From the NCBI GenBank assembly GCA_044373365.1, contig JBIPNK010000006.1:13254-77253 (forward strand): a DNA stretch of 64,000 nucleotides. Direction: 5' to 3'. Each line of letters opens with the position of its first letter. The first letter of the stretch is position 1. The DNA is from Chitinophagaceae bacterium (GTDB lineage: Bacteria; Bacteroidota; Bacteroidia; Chitinophagales; Chitinophagaceae). Under the pieces are notes generated by a model. That model saw only the letters and a list, made by a program, of their open reading frames with translations, ran no database searches and was not told where the DNA came from. Shown in pieces: positions 29,711-40,109 of this stretch. The position numbers were made by a program, and so were the translations under genes.

Positions 29711-31219
29711 TTAGTTTTCTTTTGGTTTGAATACTTTCAGTTGTTGGGCCAGTTCCCTGACCCGCTCAGGGTTTTCGGCAGCGAGATTTTTCTTTTCCCC
29801 AATATCAGTTTTCAGGTTATAGAGCTGTGCTGCAGGGTTATTGCCCAATTCGATGTTCACAAGCGGATTGACAGGACGAGCATTGCTTGGCTCAATGTAT
29901 TTCCAATCACCACTGGTAATGGAAAGTGTTTTCAGACCTTCTTTGACCATGGTTTTTCTTCCATTCGGTGATCTTCCCAGCAGGGCATCCAGCATGTTTT
30001 CGCTGTCGGGCGCATGGCCTGCAGGAACCTTGGTTTTCAGCATGGTTGCAAATGATGCAAGAAAATCAACCTGAGAAATCATCGCATCAGAAATTCCTGG
30101 CTTGATCAATGCAGGCCAACTTACAAGAAAAGGCACACGGGTTCCGGCTTCAAATGCACTGTACTTGCCACCCCTGAGTGCGCCCCAAGGCGTATGGCCA
30201 TTCAGGGCGGTGACGGCTTCATCAGCATAACCATCATCCAACACAGGGCCATTGTCACTGCTGAGGATGATCATGGTATTCTTGTCAAGTCCCAGCTGTT
30301 CTAATTTGTTGAGGATCTGGCCTACGGCCCAATCAATTTGCAAGATGGCATCTCCGCGGTAGCCCAGACCACTTTTTCCTTTGAACATGGTGGAAGGCAT
30401 GCGTGGAACATGGGGTTCCGTGAGTGAATGAAAAAGGAAGAAAGGTTTCGATTTGTTCTGTTCGATGAATTCAAGCGATTTGGTTAAAAATGTCAGGGGC
30501 ATCTCTTCGTCGGTCCACCGGGCTTTTGTGCCCCCTGTCATGAAACCAATCCTTCCAATGCCATTGACAATGGTGTTGTTGTGGCCATGGTTCGGCGAAG
30601 CCTTCATTTTAAGCAACTCCGGATTTTCCAGTCCGGTAGGGTCGTTGCCGATTTTCTTTTGATAGTCAACCTGAATCGGATCGGATGGATCTGAGCCCAC
30701 TACATGATGGTTCTCCACAAAAACAGTTGGAACACGGTCGGCCGTGGCAGGAAAGATGAATGAATAATCGAAGCCCACTTCATTCGGGCCGGGTTTGATT
30801 TCACCGTTCCAGTTTTTTTGCACTTCATTTCCCAAACCAAGGTGCCATTTGCCCACCAAGGCCGTTTGGTAGGAGGCCTGCTTGAACAAGGAGGCAAGGC
30901 TCATTTTGTCTGTAGGGATGATCAGTGCTGCATCTCCGGGCAAGATGCCTGTGCCCGTTTTTCTCCAGGGGTATTGTCCTGTCATCAATGCATACCGCGA
31001 AGGCGTGCAACTTGCTGAAGTGGCATGCCCATTGGTGAACCTGATTCCGCTTTTTGCGAGCCTGTCCATGTTGGGTGTTTTGATCTTGGTTGCGCCATAG
31101 CAACCCAGGTCTCCATAGCCGAGGTCATCTGCGTAGATGATGATCACGTTGGGTCGTTGTTGTGCGTAGACGGACATGCAAATGCTTAAAAGGAGCCCGA
31201 GGAACTGAAGTTTTTTCAT
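29711..31219 (-). CDS. Cys-type arylsulfatase family sulfatase (exported)
   Basis: PNVIIIYADDLGYGD, CTPSRYALMTG, GKWHLG, SSDNGP and RGGKYSAFEAG motifs. Confidence 0.93.
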   Translation of the reverse strand: MKKLQFLGLLLSICMSVYAQQRPNVIIIYADDLGYGDLGCYGATKIKTPNMDRLAKSGIRFTNGHATSASCTPSRYALMTGQYPWRKTGTGILPGDAALIIPTDKMSLASLFKQASYQTALVGKWHLGLGNEVQKNWNGEIKPGPNEVGFDYSFIFPATADRVPTVFVENHHVVGSDPSDPIQVDYQKKIGNDPTGLENPELLKMKASPNHGHNNTIVNGIGRIGFMTGGTKARWTDEEMPLTFLTKSLEFIEQNKSKPFFLFHSLTEPHVPRMPSTMFKGKSGLGYRGDAILQIDWAVGQILNKLEQLGLDKNTMIILSSDNGPVLDDGYADEAVTALNGHTPWGALRGGKYSAFEAGTRVPFLVSWPALIKPGISDAMISQVDFLASFATMLKTKVPAGHAPDSENMLDALLGRSPNGRKTMVKEGLKTLSITSGDWKYIEPSNARPVNPLVNIELGNNPAAQLYNLKTDIGEKKNLAAENPERVRELAQQLKVFKPKEN

Positions 31220-31306
31220 GCAAAAGGGTTTGTGCTTCAAAAGATTATTTCTGCAATAATCGGTTAAATATATCCCTTTAAAGATAGGGCTAAACCTTGT
31301 TAATTC

Positions 31307-31314
31307 TACCTTTG
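31307..31314 (+). promoter_or_regulatory. -7 element (TACCTTTG) for the LLM gene
   Basis: Exact TAnnTTTG match. Confidence 0.5.
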
Positions 31315-31355
31315 TGTTTTATACAAAATGGCCAGTTCTTGGCTCAAGTCGAATT

Positions 31356-32375
31356 ATGGAAATAGGAATTGACAGTTTTGCCGCCATGATGAGTGGCAAT
31401 GAAGAGAATGCCATCAGTGATGCGGTTGCCATGGAACAGTTGCTGGACAGGATTGCATTTGCTGATCAGGTTGGCCTTGATTATTTTGGAATTGGCGAAC
31501 ACCACAGAAAAGGCTTTCTTGATTCTGCCCCCACACTGATTCTTGCTGCTGCGGCAGCTTTGACCAAGAACATAAGGTTAGGGACAGCGGTTACTGTTTT
31601 GAGTGCTGCGGATCCGGTGCGGGTCTTCCAACAGCATGCAACACTGGATTTGATTTCGAAAGGCCGGGCAGAAATGGTGGCTGGCAGAGGATCTTTTATC
31701 GATGCTTATCCCTTGTTTGGTCTGGACCTGAATGATTATGATGCCTTGTTCATTGAGAAACTTGATCTATTGTTGAAAATAAGGGGCAATGAAACCATCA
31801 CCTGGTCAGGGAAATTTCGCCCGGCACTGAGGAGCCAGTCAATTTACCCAAGGCCAGTACAAGATCCGTTTCCCATTTGGCTGGGTGTTGGCGGAACGCC
31901 TGAATCTTTTGTGAGGGCAGGCACACTGGGCCTTCCATTGATGGTGGCGATTATTGGAGGCGAGACCCATCGTTTCAGGCCACTGGTGGATTTGTACCGG
32001 CAGGCGGGGAAAAGAGCCGGCCATGCTCCAGAGCAGCTGAAGGTTGGTTTACATTCATTGGGCTATGTGGGAGAATCCACAGAAAAAGCCTTTGAAGAAT
32101 TTTATCCAGGCTATGCTGCTGCCATGACCAAGATTGGAAAGGAGAGGGGCTGGCCGCCTACAACCAGGGCACATTTTGAAGCACAGGCAGGCCCGCGTGG
32201 CGCTTTGTTGGTGGGCAGTGCGGAAGATGTGGCTGCAAAAATTCTTCGCCATGCCGAAGCATTGGGCGGGATTTCAAGGGTGACTTTTCAATTGGATACC
32301 GCAGAACTTCCCCATCAAAAAATAAAGGATTGCATAGGGCTGATGGGCAATCAATTGAAGCCATTGTTGCAGTAG
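31356..32375 (+). CDS. LLM class flavin-dependent oxidoreductase (luciferase-like)
   Basis: GIGEHHR, RLGTAVTVLS, DPVRVFQQ and GRGSF motifs. Confidence 0.9.
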   Translation: MEIGIDSFAAMMSGNEENAISDAVAMEQLLDRIAFADQVGLDYFGIGEHHRKGFLDSAPTLILAAAAALTKNIRLGTAVTVLSAADPVRVFQQHATLDLISKGRAEMVAGRGSFIDAYPLFGLDLNDYDALFIEKLDLLLKIRGNETITWSGKFRPALRSQSIYPRPVQDPFPIWLGVGGTPESFVRAGTLGLPLMVAIIGGETHRFRPLVDLYRQAGKRAGHAPEQLKVGLHSLGYVGESTEKAFEEFYPGYAAAMTKIGKERGWPPTTRAHFEAQAGPRGALLVGSAEDVAAKILRHAEALGGISRVTFQLDTAELPHQKIKDCIGLMGNQLKPLLQ

Positions 32376-32422
32376 ATGGATGTTGCCTGGATTTTTTGTA
32401 TATTTAAGTAACTCCATTCAAG

Positions 32423-32857
32423 ATGAAAAAAGCAGTTCTCTTCATTATTGTTTCAACCTTATTGTTTGGTTGTCTTCAAAAGGAAAAAGATTTGACCGAG
32501 CAGGAAGTATATGCCGTGCTCGATAAGTTTGATGAGGGATGGCAAAACAAGAAAGCAGCCTTGGTGGATTCTGTTTTATCAGAACACTATGTGTATTATA
32601 CCCAATCAGGGCAACCGTTTGATCGTAAAAACCTGATTGCGACCGCAGGGTCGGATGTCTATCAATTGCAAACCATGGAGCGAGAACATTTGACTTTACA
32701 GATTGATGGGAACACGGCCGTAGTGAATACCATCTGGAAAGGAAAGGGATTCTATCATGGGGAACAATTCAATGACAAGCAACGTTGCAGTGTAACGATT
32801 GTCAAGCACAAGGGCAAGGTCAGGATCCTTGCTGAACACTGTACGCCCATCAAGTAA
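32423..32857 (+). CDS. NTF2-like (DUF4440-type) lipoprotein
   Basis: Lipobox LFGC; DGNTAVV strand; C-terminal ILAEH. Confidence 0.65.
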   Translation: MKKAVLFIIVSTLLFGCLQKEKDLTEQEVYAVLDKFDEGWQNKKAALVDSVLSEHYVYYTQSGQPFDRKNLIATAGSDVYQLQTMEREHLTLQIDGNTAVVNTIWKGKGFYHGEQFNDKQRCSVTIVKHKGKVRILAEHCTPIK

Positions 32858-32911
32858 GGGTGCTGTTGTACATTTATTACGTGGTAATAATCCATCGAAT
32901 CGCAAATTCTC

Positions 32912-34006
32912 CTATTTGCCTTTCAGGGTCTTGTTGATGGTGTCAACCAAACCATCGTTGGCAGTATCATGGCCCAGTTGCCAGAACATGATGCCTCCCA
33001 ATTTCTTTTGCAATACATATTTTGTTTTGGCTTCAATCGATTTTTTGTTATCGAAAGTGGCGAATGATTTGTCTTTGGCATTGTAGGCATAGGGCGCTTG
33101 TGCCGTTTCATCCCAAAACATCTTGTAGCCGCTGTTTTCAGAGATGCGTGCTGGAAATTGGTTGTATCCAATAAAATGTTTGAAGGTCCCCTTTTGGTAA
33201 AGGCCATTGTTTTCTGGCGATACTCCTTCCCAGGTGCGGGCATAAAAAGCTGCACCCAGGATCATTTTTTTTGAGGGGACACCCATATTGAGCAAATTGC
33301 TCACGCAATTGTCTGTTGATTCCTTTTGTGTTGAAGTGCTGTACAATGCAGTGTGGTGGCCTGTTACAGTAGAATATCCTCCAACAAGATCGTAGGTCAT
33401 TAGGTTCACGTAATCAACAATTGGCATGACTGATTTCCAATCTACTGATTGTTCTATGAATTTTTGAAATCCGCCTGCTGCAAACGTGATGGTACTTTTT
33501 TTGCCCAGTTCCTTGCGTAAAAGCCTGAGCAGTTCAGTAAAGTTCTGTTTGTCTTCAGGAACGAAGCGATGGCCTGGATACCCTTCAATGGTGGGGTATT
33601 CCCAATCCAGATCAATGCCATCAGACCCAAAATATTCGGTCAGTGATTTCACGGACGCTACAAAATCCTCTCTCCCTTTTGCCGTTCCAAAAACTTCAGA
33701 ACAAGGGGCGCATCCACCCCATCCACCCAAAGACAGCAATACTTTCAGGTCCTTGTTTTGTTTTTTCATGGCCACCATCTTTTGAATCAACAGGGTATCT
33801 TTTTCGCTCCTGATTTTAAGGTCATTGCCACTCAGCCGTCCAAAACAGTAAATGATGTGGGTGAAGTTTTTTGCATCGAATGAGTCGATGGCATTGAGGC
33901 TTCCTGAGTAATACGCGATGACTGCTTTTTTTTGTGCTGATGCTTCTTGAAGATGGGTGAAGCCCAAAACAAACAAAAGACAAAGACCGATGATTCTGTT
34001 GTACAT
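32912..34006 (-). CDS. GH18 chitinase-like glycoside hydrolase (exported)
   Basis: SLGGWGG, catalytic DGIDLDWEYP, MTYD and GIMFWQL motifs; signal peptide. Confidence 0.92.
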   Translation of the reverse strand: MYNRIIGLCLLFVLGFTHLQEASAQKKAVIAYYSGSLNAIDSFDAKNFTHIIYCFGRLSGNDLKIRSEKDTLLIQKMVAMKKQNKDLKVLLSLGGWGGCAPCSEVFGTAKGREDFVASVKSLTEYFGSDGIDLDWEYPTIEGYPGHRFVPEDKQNFTELLRLLRKELGKKSTITFAAGGFQKFIEQSVDWKSVMPIVDYVNLMTYDLVGGYSTVTGHHTALYSTSTQKESTDNCVSNLLNMGVPSKKMILGAAFYARTWEGVSPENNGLYQKGTFKHFIGYNQFPARISENSGYKMFWDETAQAPYAYNAKDKSFATFDNKKSIEAKTKYVLQKKLGGIMFWQLGHDTANDGLVDTINKTLKGK

Positions 34007-34104
34007 GATGGAAGAAGTTTGTGCGTGATTCAAATCTAAAGAAATTAACGATGCAGTGTTGAAAATAATCATCCCATTAAATATGTAAATTGCACTCCTA
34101 CATC

Positions 34105-34860
34105 ATGACGGAAATATTTGCTCTTCATTCCCAGGCAGAATGGCTGCTGATTCTCTTGGCTTCATTTATCATTGGGCTTACCAAAGCCGGACTCAAAGGG
34201 GTGGACATGCTCAGTGTTACGCTAATGGCCATTGTTTTTGGAAGCAAGGCTTCAACTGGTATTGTTTTGCCCTTGCTCTGCATGGCGGACATTGCAGCTG
34301 TTGCTTATTACAACCGGCATGCAGAATGGAAGCATTTCAAAAAGCTCACGCCCTGGATGCTGGTGGGTATTGTATTGGGGGTTTATTTGGGACAGGATAT
34401 GGACGAGGCCATTTTCAGAAGGATCATGGCCATCATCATTTTGTTGACCATTGTGATTGCATTGGTAATGGAGTACAGAAAATCGCAGGAGGTTCCCCGT
34501 CATCCCTTGTTTGTTGTGTCAACGGGTCTGGCTGCGGGTTTCACCACAATGATCGGCAACCTGGCAGGGGCATTTTCCAATCTTTATTTCCTGGCTATGC
34601 GGGTAGACAAGAACAGTTTCATTGGAACCGCTGCCTGGATTTTTCTCATCATCAACCTTGTTAAATTTCCCCTGCAGGTCTTTTTTTGGAAGAACATCAC
34701 TGTGCAGAGCCTCAAGATTGATGCCTTGTTGGTTCCAACCCTGGCATTGGGTTTTTGGGCTGGAATTTTTATTGTCGGTAAAATAAAAGACGAACACTAC
34801 AGGAAAGTTGTACTGGTCCTTACCCTGGCAGGGTCGATACTGATGTTGTTGAGGAGGTAA
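34105..34860 (+). CDS. TauE/SafE (TSUP) family transporter
   Basis: About 8 TM segments; IGLTKAG and GNLAG motifs. Confidence 0.8.
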   Translation: MTEIFALHSQAEWLLILLASFIIGLTKAGLKGVDMLSVTLMAIVFGSKASTGIVLPLLCMADIAAVAYYNRHAEWKHFKKLTPWMLVGIVLGVYLGQDMDEAIFRRIMAIIILLTIVIALVMEYRKSQEVPRHPLFVVSTGLAAGFTTMIGNLAGAFSNLYFLAMRVDKNSFIGTAAWIFLIINLVKFPLQVFFWKNITVQSLKIDALLVPTLALGFWAGIFIVGKIKDEHYRKVVLVLTLAGSILMLLRR

Positions 34861-34878
34861 TTTTTTAAAATATCATAC

Positions 34879-35844
34879 ATGTACAAATTCACTGGCGTAC
34901 TATTTTTTTTGCTCATCTTCAATTCAGCTTTTTCACAGGTTGAAAAAGATAGTTTTAAGTTGGCAAGCACCAAATTTGTAGCCTTTTTTAATGAGAATAA
35001 ATACGACAGCATTGTTGCCATGTTTTCTGCTGAAATGAAAAAGGCTTTACCTATTGAAAAATTCACACAGTTCAGCACAGGCCTTAAAAACCAGTTGGGA
35101 TTAATCAGGAAAACAAGATTTGTCCGATTGCAGCAAACAACGGCCTTGTATGAAACATTTTTTGACAACAGCGTTTTGGGCATGAACATTGTTTTAAACA
35201 ACAGGAATGAAATATCAGGCTTGTTGTTTAAGCCTTATACCGAAGCAAAGACCATTGAGAGAAATTCAACCGCCATGTTCCTTCCTTTTAAAGGAGTTTG
35301 GACAGTTTTTTGGGGTGGAGACACAAAAGAGCAGAATTATCATGTGGAAAGTATTGCGCAAAAGAACGCCTTTGATATCATGGTATATGATGAAAAGGGC
35401 TCCACGCACAAAGGCAACGGGCTTGTCAATGAGGATTATTATGCATTTGGAAAGGAGCTTTTTGCACCCTGTGATGGTGAGGTTGTTTTGGTCGTTGATG
35501 GTATAAAAGACAATGTTCCAGGAACCTTAAATCCCATTTACATACCTGGGAATACCGTGGTGATAAAGACCTCGAAGGGAGAATATGTATTTTTTGCACA
35601 CTTCAAACAGCATTCAATTGTTGTTAAACAAGGGCAACAGGTAAAGGTTGGCGCTTTGCTGGGCCTCTGTGGCAATTCTGGCAATTCATCAGAGCCACAC
35701 CTGCACTTTCATCTTCAAAACGTAGAGGACATGATCTTGGCAACTGGCGCAAAATGTTTTTTTGACCAGCTAAAGGTCAATGGTATATTGAGGTCAGATT
35801 ATTCACCTGTTAAAGGGGATAAAATTGAGTCTGTTAGGGAGTAG
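34879..35844 (+). CDS. DUF3887-like domain fused to an M23 metallopeptidase
   Basis: Signal peptide; N-terminal FSAEMKKALP module; M23 H...D, APCDGEV and GNSGNSSEPHLHFH motifs. Confidence 0.75.
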   Translation: MYKFTGVLFFLLIFNSAFSQVEKDSFKLASTKFVAFFNENKYDSIVAMFSAEMKKALPIEKFTQFSTGLKNQLGLIRKTRFVRLQQTTALYETFFDNSVLGMNIVLNNRNEISGLLFKPYTEAKTIERNSTAMFLPFKGVWTVFWGGDTKEQNYHVESIAQKNAFDIMVYDEKGSTHKGNGLVNEDYYAFGKELFAPCDGEVVLVVDGIKDNVPGTLNPIYIPGNTVVIKTSKGEYVFFAHFKQHSIVVKQGQQVKVGALLGLCGNSGNSSEPHLHFHLQNVEDMILATGAKCFFDQLKVNGILRSDYSPVKGDKIESVRE

Positions 35845-35908
35845 CTTTAAGTGAGAAAGACATTACTTACACAATAAATTTTGTACATCTATCATCAAAG
35901 TATTACGT

Positions 35909-36316
35909 ATGGACACAATTACAGTCAAGGCCACCATCAACGCATCAATGAATACTGTCTGGGATTTCTGGACAAAGCCTGAACACATCATGCAATGGAA
36001 CAATGCAAGCCCAGACTGGCACTGTCCGTCTGCAACCAATGACCTGAGGGTTGATGGCGAATTCCATTACATCATGGCCGCCAAAGATGGCAGCGTGAAT
36101 TTTGATTTTTGGGGAACCTATGTAAAGGTTGAACCTTTTGCCGCACTGGAAATATTCCTTGGCGATGGAAGAAACCTTAAGATTGATTTCAAAGAGATGG
36201 ATGGTGCAGTAAGCATCACAGAAATCTTTGAACCCGAGGAAGTCAATTCATTGGAATTGCAAGAGGCAGGTTGGCAGTCCATCCTGAACAATTTCAAGCA
36301 CTATGTTGAGGGATGA
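35909..36316 (+). CDS. SRPBCC/AHSA1-like protein
   Basis: VWDFWTKPEHIMQWN, DLRVDGEF and GWQSILNNFK motifs. Confidence 0.85.
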   Translation: MDTITVKATINASMNTVWDFWTKPEHIMQWNNASPDWHCPSATNDLRVDGEFHYIMAAKDGSVNFDFWGTYVKVEPFAALEIFLGDGRNLKIDFKEMDGAVSITEIFEPEEVNSLELQEAGWQSILNNFKHYVEG

Positions 36317-36345
36317 TTACCGATGATCTTCCAACGCAAACAAAC

Positions 36346-37788
36346 TTATTTTGAAGTAATGACCTGCTTGTAAAAAGTAATCATCCTGTTCAAATCTGAA
36401 ATGCCAATGCGCTCATCAATGCCATGAAATCCTTTGGCATCTTGCATGGGCGTAAAGTTCAATACTGCTTCACTGAAGCCCCTGAAATAGCGGGAGTCCG
36501 TTGCGCCAATCATCAGATAGGGCGATACCAATGCATTGGGAACAATCGAATTCGTGATGCCTTCCAGTTTCTTGAAAGCAGGATGATCCGTGGGCGTTGT
36601 GGCTGAAGGCTCCATGAGGGAGATGGTTTGTTTTTTCACCATTACCCGATCATCATTGATGGCCTTCTTTACAAAATTCACCACATCCTCGCTGGTTTCA
36701 CCTGGCAGAATCCTGCTGTTGAAAGTTGCCTTGGCAATAGAAGGAATTACATTGTCTTTGATGCCTGCCTTGACGATGGTAGGCACAATCGTGGTATGCA
36801 CCATCGCATTGGTCTGCTTGTTCTCTTCGAGCTTTTTGATGACCATTCCTTCGAAAAGCCACATGTTTGACATCACCATGCGGTTAAAAAAAGACTGGGC
36901 TGCACCTGTGCGGTTGAGCAATTCACCTACCGATGGCGTGATCATGGCAGGCATTTGATTGTCCCTTACTTTAACGATGGCCTGGTTTAATACATCTATC
37001 GCTGTTTCCTTGTCGGGCATGGAAGAATGGCCGCCTGGAATTTCTACTGTAAGGTCGATGTTCACAAATCCTTTTTCACCGGTACCGATCACTGCAACTG
37101 GTCTGCCGAGGTCTTTGAAACGTTGTGTATCAATCTGTCCACCTTCATCCAATACAAATGCAGGTTTGATGTTGTTGTCCTTGAACCATTTGGAGAAAAT
37201 GGCAGCACCTCTTTTCCCGGCAATTTCCTCATCATGTCCGAAAGCCAAGTAGATCGTGCGTTCTGGCACATGGTTTTCCTTGAGTAACTTTTCAACCGCT
37301 TCCATGATGGCAATGGCAGAAGCCTTGTCATCTACGGCGCCTCTGCCCCAAATTGTATCGTTCTTGATGAGTCCGCTGAAAGATGGGTAAGTCCATTTGC
37401 TTTCTGCCACAGCCTCTACCGGCACTACATCCATGTGCGCCATCAACACATAAGGCGCTGCTGTTGTGTCTTTTCCTTTCCACTTGAATACATAACTGAA
37501 TTGGTTGAACGTCATTTTTTCCAGTTGCTGGTGCATCAGTGGATAGGTCGTTTCCATGAAGCTGCGGAATTTGGTGAATTCCGCTGTATCTATCGCAAGT
37601 GTATCACCGAAGGAAATGGTTTTTATTTGGATGGCATTGCTCAAGTGAATGGCTGCCGAATCGTTGCTGGGTATTTCAACTACAGAACCCTCGAATGTTA
37701 CTGGCTTTTGAAATCGGGATGTATTGATCAAAAGGATTCCTGCAACAACAGCAATGGCCAACAATGCGAAATACAACAGACGTTTCAT
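36346..37788 (-). CDS. M20 family peptidase/amidohydrolase (Cps1/PM20D1-like)
   Basis: AHMDVVP, GRGAVDDK, GHDEE, GGHSS and FHGIDE motifs; N-terminal anchor. Confidence 0.9.
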   Translation of the reverse strand: MKRLLYFALLAIAVVAGILLINTSRFQKPVTFEGSVVEIPSNDSAAIHLSNAIQIKTISFGDTLAIDTAEFTKFRSFMETTYPLMHQQLEKMTFNQFSYVFKWKGKDTTAAPYVLMAHMDVVPVEAVAESKWTYPSFSGLIKNDTIWGRGAVDDKASAIAIMEAVEKLLKENHVPERTIYLAFGHDEEIAGKRGAAIFSKWFKDNNIKPAFVLDEGGQIDTQRFKDLGRPVAVIGTGEKGFVNIDLTVEIPGGHSSMPDKETAIDVLNQAIVKVRDNQMPAMITPSVGELLNRTGAAQSFFNRMVMSNMWLFEGMVIKKLEENKQTNAMVHTTIVPTIVKAGIKDNVIPSIAKATFNSRILPGETSEDVVNFVKKAINDDRVMVKKQTISLMEPSATTPTDHPAFKKLEGITNSIVPNALVSPYLMIGATDSRYFRGFSEAVLNFTPMQDAKGFHGIDERIGISDLNRMITFYKQVITSK

Positions 37789-37873
37789 GATGATGGGGAT
37801 TGAGGATTGAAGATATGAAGAAAGGCGAATTCAATCAATTTGTTGCTATGGTCTACATGCATTAAATTCAATT

Positions 37874-39022
37874 ATGAAAAATATGCGTTCTTCCTTTTTG
37901 CTCCTGTTGCAAGCCCTATTCCTCTTTTCAGCATTTGCACAAGCCCAGCCAGAAAAAGCTGAGACCGGTATAAAATCCATCATGCAGGAAATACCCGTAA
38001 TGGGTTTGTCTGTAGCCGTGGTAAAGGACAACAAAATCATTTACACCCAATCTTTTGGCACCAAGAGCAGGGAAAACAATGCACCGCTGACCAATGATTG
38101 TATTTTCAGGATTGCGTCCATTTCAAAATCTTTTTCTGCCACTTCCATCATGCAGTTGGCAGAAAGAAAGAAACTTTCCATTGACCAGGATGTGAGTGAG
38201 CTCATCGGTTTCAAGGTGCGCAATCCAAAGTTTCCTGAAACGGTTATCACCCTTCGGTTGATGATGTCGCATTTGTCTTCCATCAATGACAGCCAGGGTT
38301 ATTTCAGCCTTGATGCCATCAACCCTGATAAGAACCCCAATTGGGCCAAATCGTATAGCAGTTACGAACCGGGCAAGGGCTATGCATATTGTAACCTGAA
38401 TTTCAACATGATTGGTGCCATTATTGAAAAGATTTCTGGCGAAAGGTTTGATCAATATGTCATCAAGCATGTATTGGATCCACTTAAATTATATGGTGGA
38501 TATGACGTAGATGGATTGGATAAATCGCGCTTTGCATCTATTTATGAGTACAAGGCAGATTCAACAAAATTTGTCTTGTCTGAAGGGGCCTATGCAAGCC
38601 GGGCAAAGGAAATTTCCAGCTATGAGATGGGCTATACTACGCCTGTTTTTTCCCCCACCGGTGGCATGAAAATTTCTGCCACTGACCTTGCCTGGTACAT
38701 GATGATGCATAGCAATTATGGAAAATACAAAGGGAAAAGAATTATCTCCAAAAAGAGTGCGCAACAAATGCAAACAGCCCTGTCTGCAGAAGAAGGATAT
38801 GGCTTTGCAATAGAAACCACCAGCAAAATGATACCAGGAAAAACCATGAAAGGGCATACTGGCGTGGCTTACGGCTTGTTCAGTGCCATGTTTTTCCAGC
38901 CAGAAGAGAAATTTGGCATAGTGGTCATCAGCAACGGATGTGCGCCAGGATATTCAGACGGGTATAATACTGTTATTCGGAAGACGATCAATTGTTTGTA
39001 CGAAAGCCTGATTGTGAATTGA
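37874..39022 (+). CDS. Serine hydrolase, beta-lactamase/AmpC-like family (exported)
   Basis: FRIASISK (SxxK), YCN (YxN) and GHTG motifs. Confidence 0.9.
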   Translation: MKNMRSSFLLLLQALFLFSAFAQAQPEKAETGIKSIMQEIPVMGLSVAVVKDNKIIYTQSFGTKSRENNAPLTNDCIFRIASISKSFSATSIMQLAERKKLSIDQDVSELIGFKVRNPKFPETVITLRLMMSHLSSINDSQGYFSLDAINPDKNPNWAKSYSSYEPGKGYAYCNLNFNMIGAIIEKISGERFDQYVIKHVLDPLKLYGGYDVDGLDKSRFASIYEYKADSTKFVLSEGAYASRAKEISSYEMGYTTPVFSPTGGMKISATDLAWYMMMHSNYGKYKGKRIISKKSAQQMQTALSAEEGYGFAIETTSKMIPGKTMKGHTGVAYGLFSAMFFQPEEKFGIVVISNGCAPGYSDGYNTVIRKTINCLYESLIVN

Positions 39023-39041
39023 ATCCAAATATAGACGCTGA

Positions 39042-40109
39042 TCAGTGCTTTGAATCCTGGTAGTGTTGTTTCAGGATGTCTGCTCCAAAATCGTTACCCT
39101 TTTCTCTGAGGATGGCATGGATATGGTTGCCATCATTGCTGAATCCAACATTGTCGTATTCAATCAAAAAGTCAGGGCCGTTCAGGATATAATAATGGGG
39201 CTTGTTGTTCTCTAAACTTCCAATCCAGGCGAAATAAATTTTTTCAATGCCTGATTTGATGATCTTGTCCATGAGTTGATGTGCTTTCTCGTGTTCAAAA
39301 TTGTGAACGAACTCCTGGATAAGCAACTGGAGGATTTCCTTTTGGTCTTTTGTGAATTGTTTGGCCTGGATCCCATAATTGCTGTCGATGCGCTGACTGC
39401 TTTTGGGGTTGGTGATGATGTCTTTCGGGACAGCGCGGTTCAAGACACCAAGCGCTTTTTGTTGGGCTGACATGGATTGAACCAGCATGAAACCCAAATC
39501 CTCTTCTTTGCTCAATATCCGCAAGCCTGCATATTTTCCGGATTTTACCTCTGAAGGATCTGTTCCGATAAAGTAGGGCGACATGCTAATTTTTTTACCA
39601 TCGGAAGTCATGCTCAGCGCCATGTGATGACCGCCAAAGTTCAGCCCCCAGGGTTCGTTGTCTGATGGTTTTCCAAAAATGGCGATGTAGTAGTTTCCAT
39701 GTGCCCACTTGAGGTTCTGCATGCCTTTCAGGGACTTCTCGGTGATTTTTCCATCATCAAATGCCTGTTGGTATAGCATATTCAAAATATCGTCCAATTG
39801 CATGATGCTGGTGGTTTTCAGATACCCCTGTGAGCTGAGCATTGCAGTCAGTACACGGTGATAGGCCAGGCGGCTTTTGTCAGAGAGGGATCCGTACTGA
39901 ATACCAGGACGTGCCTCCATCCCAACGGGCAGGTTGGTCCATTTCAACCGTGCAGGGTTATCGAATGCATAAATGGTTTTGGCCATCTCTACATCGCTCA
40001 ATGTCTGTAAAAACTGGTTGGTTGCCTTTATCAGCTGGGGATTTGACTGTGCATTCATTGTTGCGTTGAACGCAAATAAAATCAGACAAGCCAGGAATGA
40101 ATTCTTCAT
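39042..40109 (-). CDS. DUF3500 family protein (exported)
   Basis: WTNLP, YIAIFGKP, WGLNFGGHH, LIEYDN and NHIHAILR motifs. Confidence 0.8.
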   Translation of the reverse strand: MKNSFLACLILFAFNATMNAQSNPQLIKATNQFLQTLSDVEMAKTIYAFDNPARLKWTNLPVGMEARPGIQYGSLSDKSRLAYHRVLTAMLSSQGYLKTTSIMQLDDILNMLYQQAFDDGKITEKSLKGMQNLKWAHGNYYIAIFGKPSDNEPWGLNFGGHHMALSMTSDGKKISMSPYFIGTDPSEVKSGKYAGLRILSKEEDLGFMLVQSMSAQQKALGVLNRAVPKDIITNPKSSQRIDSNYGIQAKQFTKDQKEILQLLIQEFVHNFEHEKAHQLMDKIIKSGIEKIYFAWIGSLENNKPHYYILNGPDFLIEYDNVGFSNDGNHIHAILREKGNDFGADILKQHYQDSKH

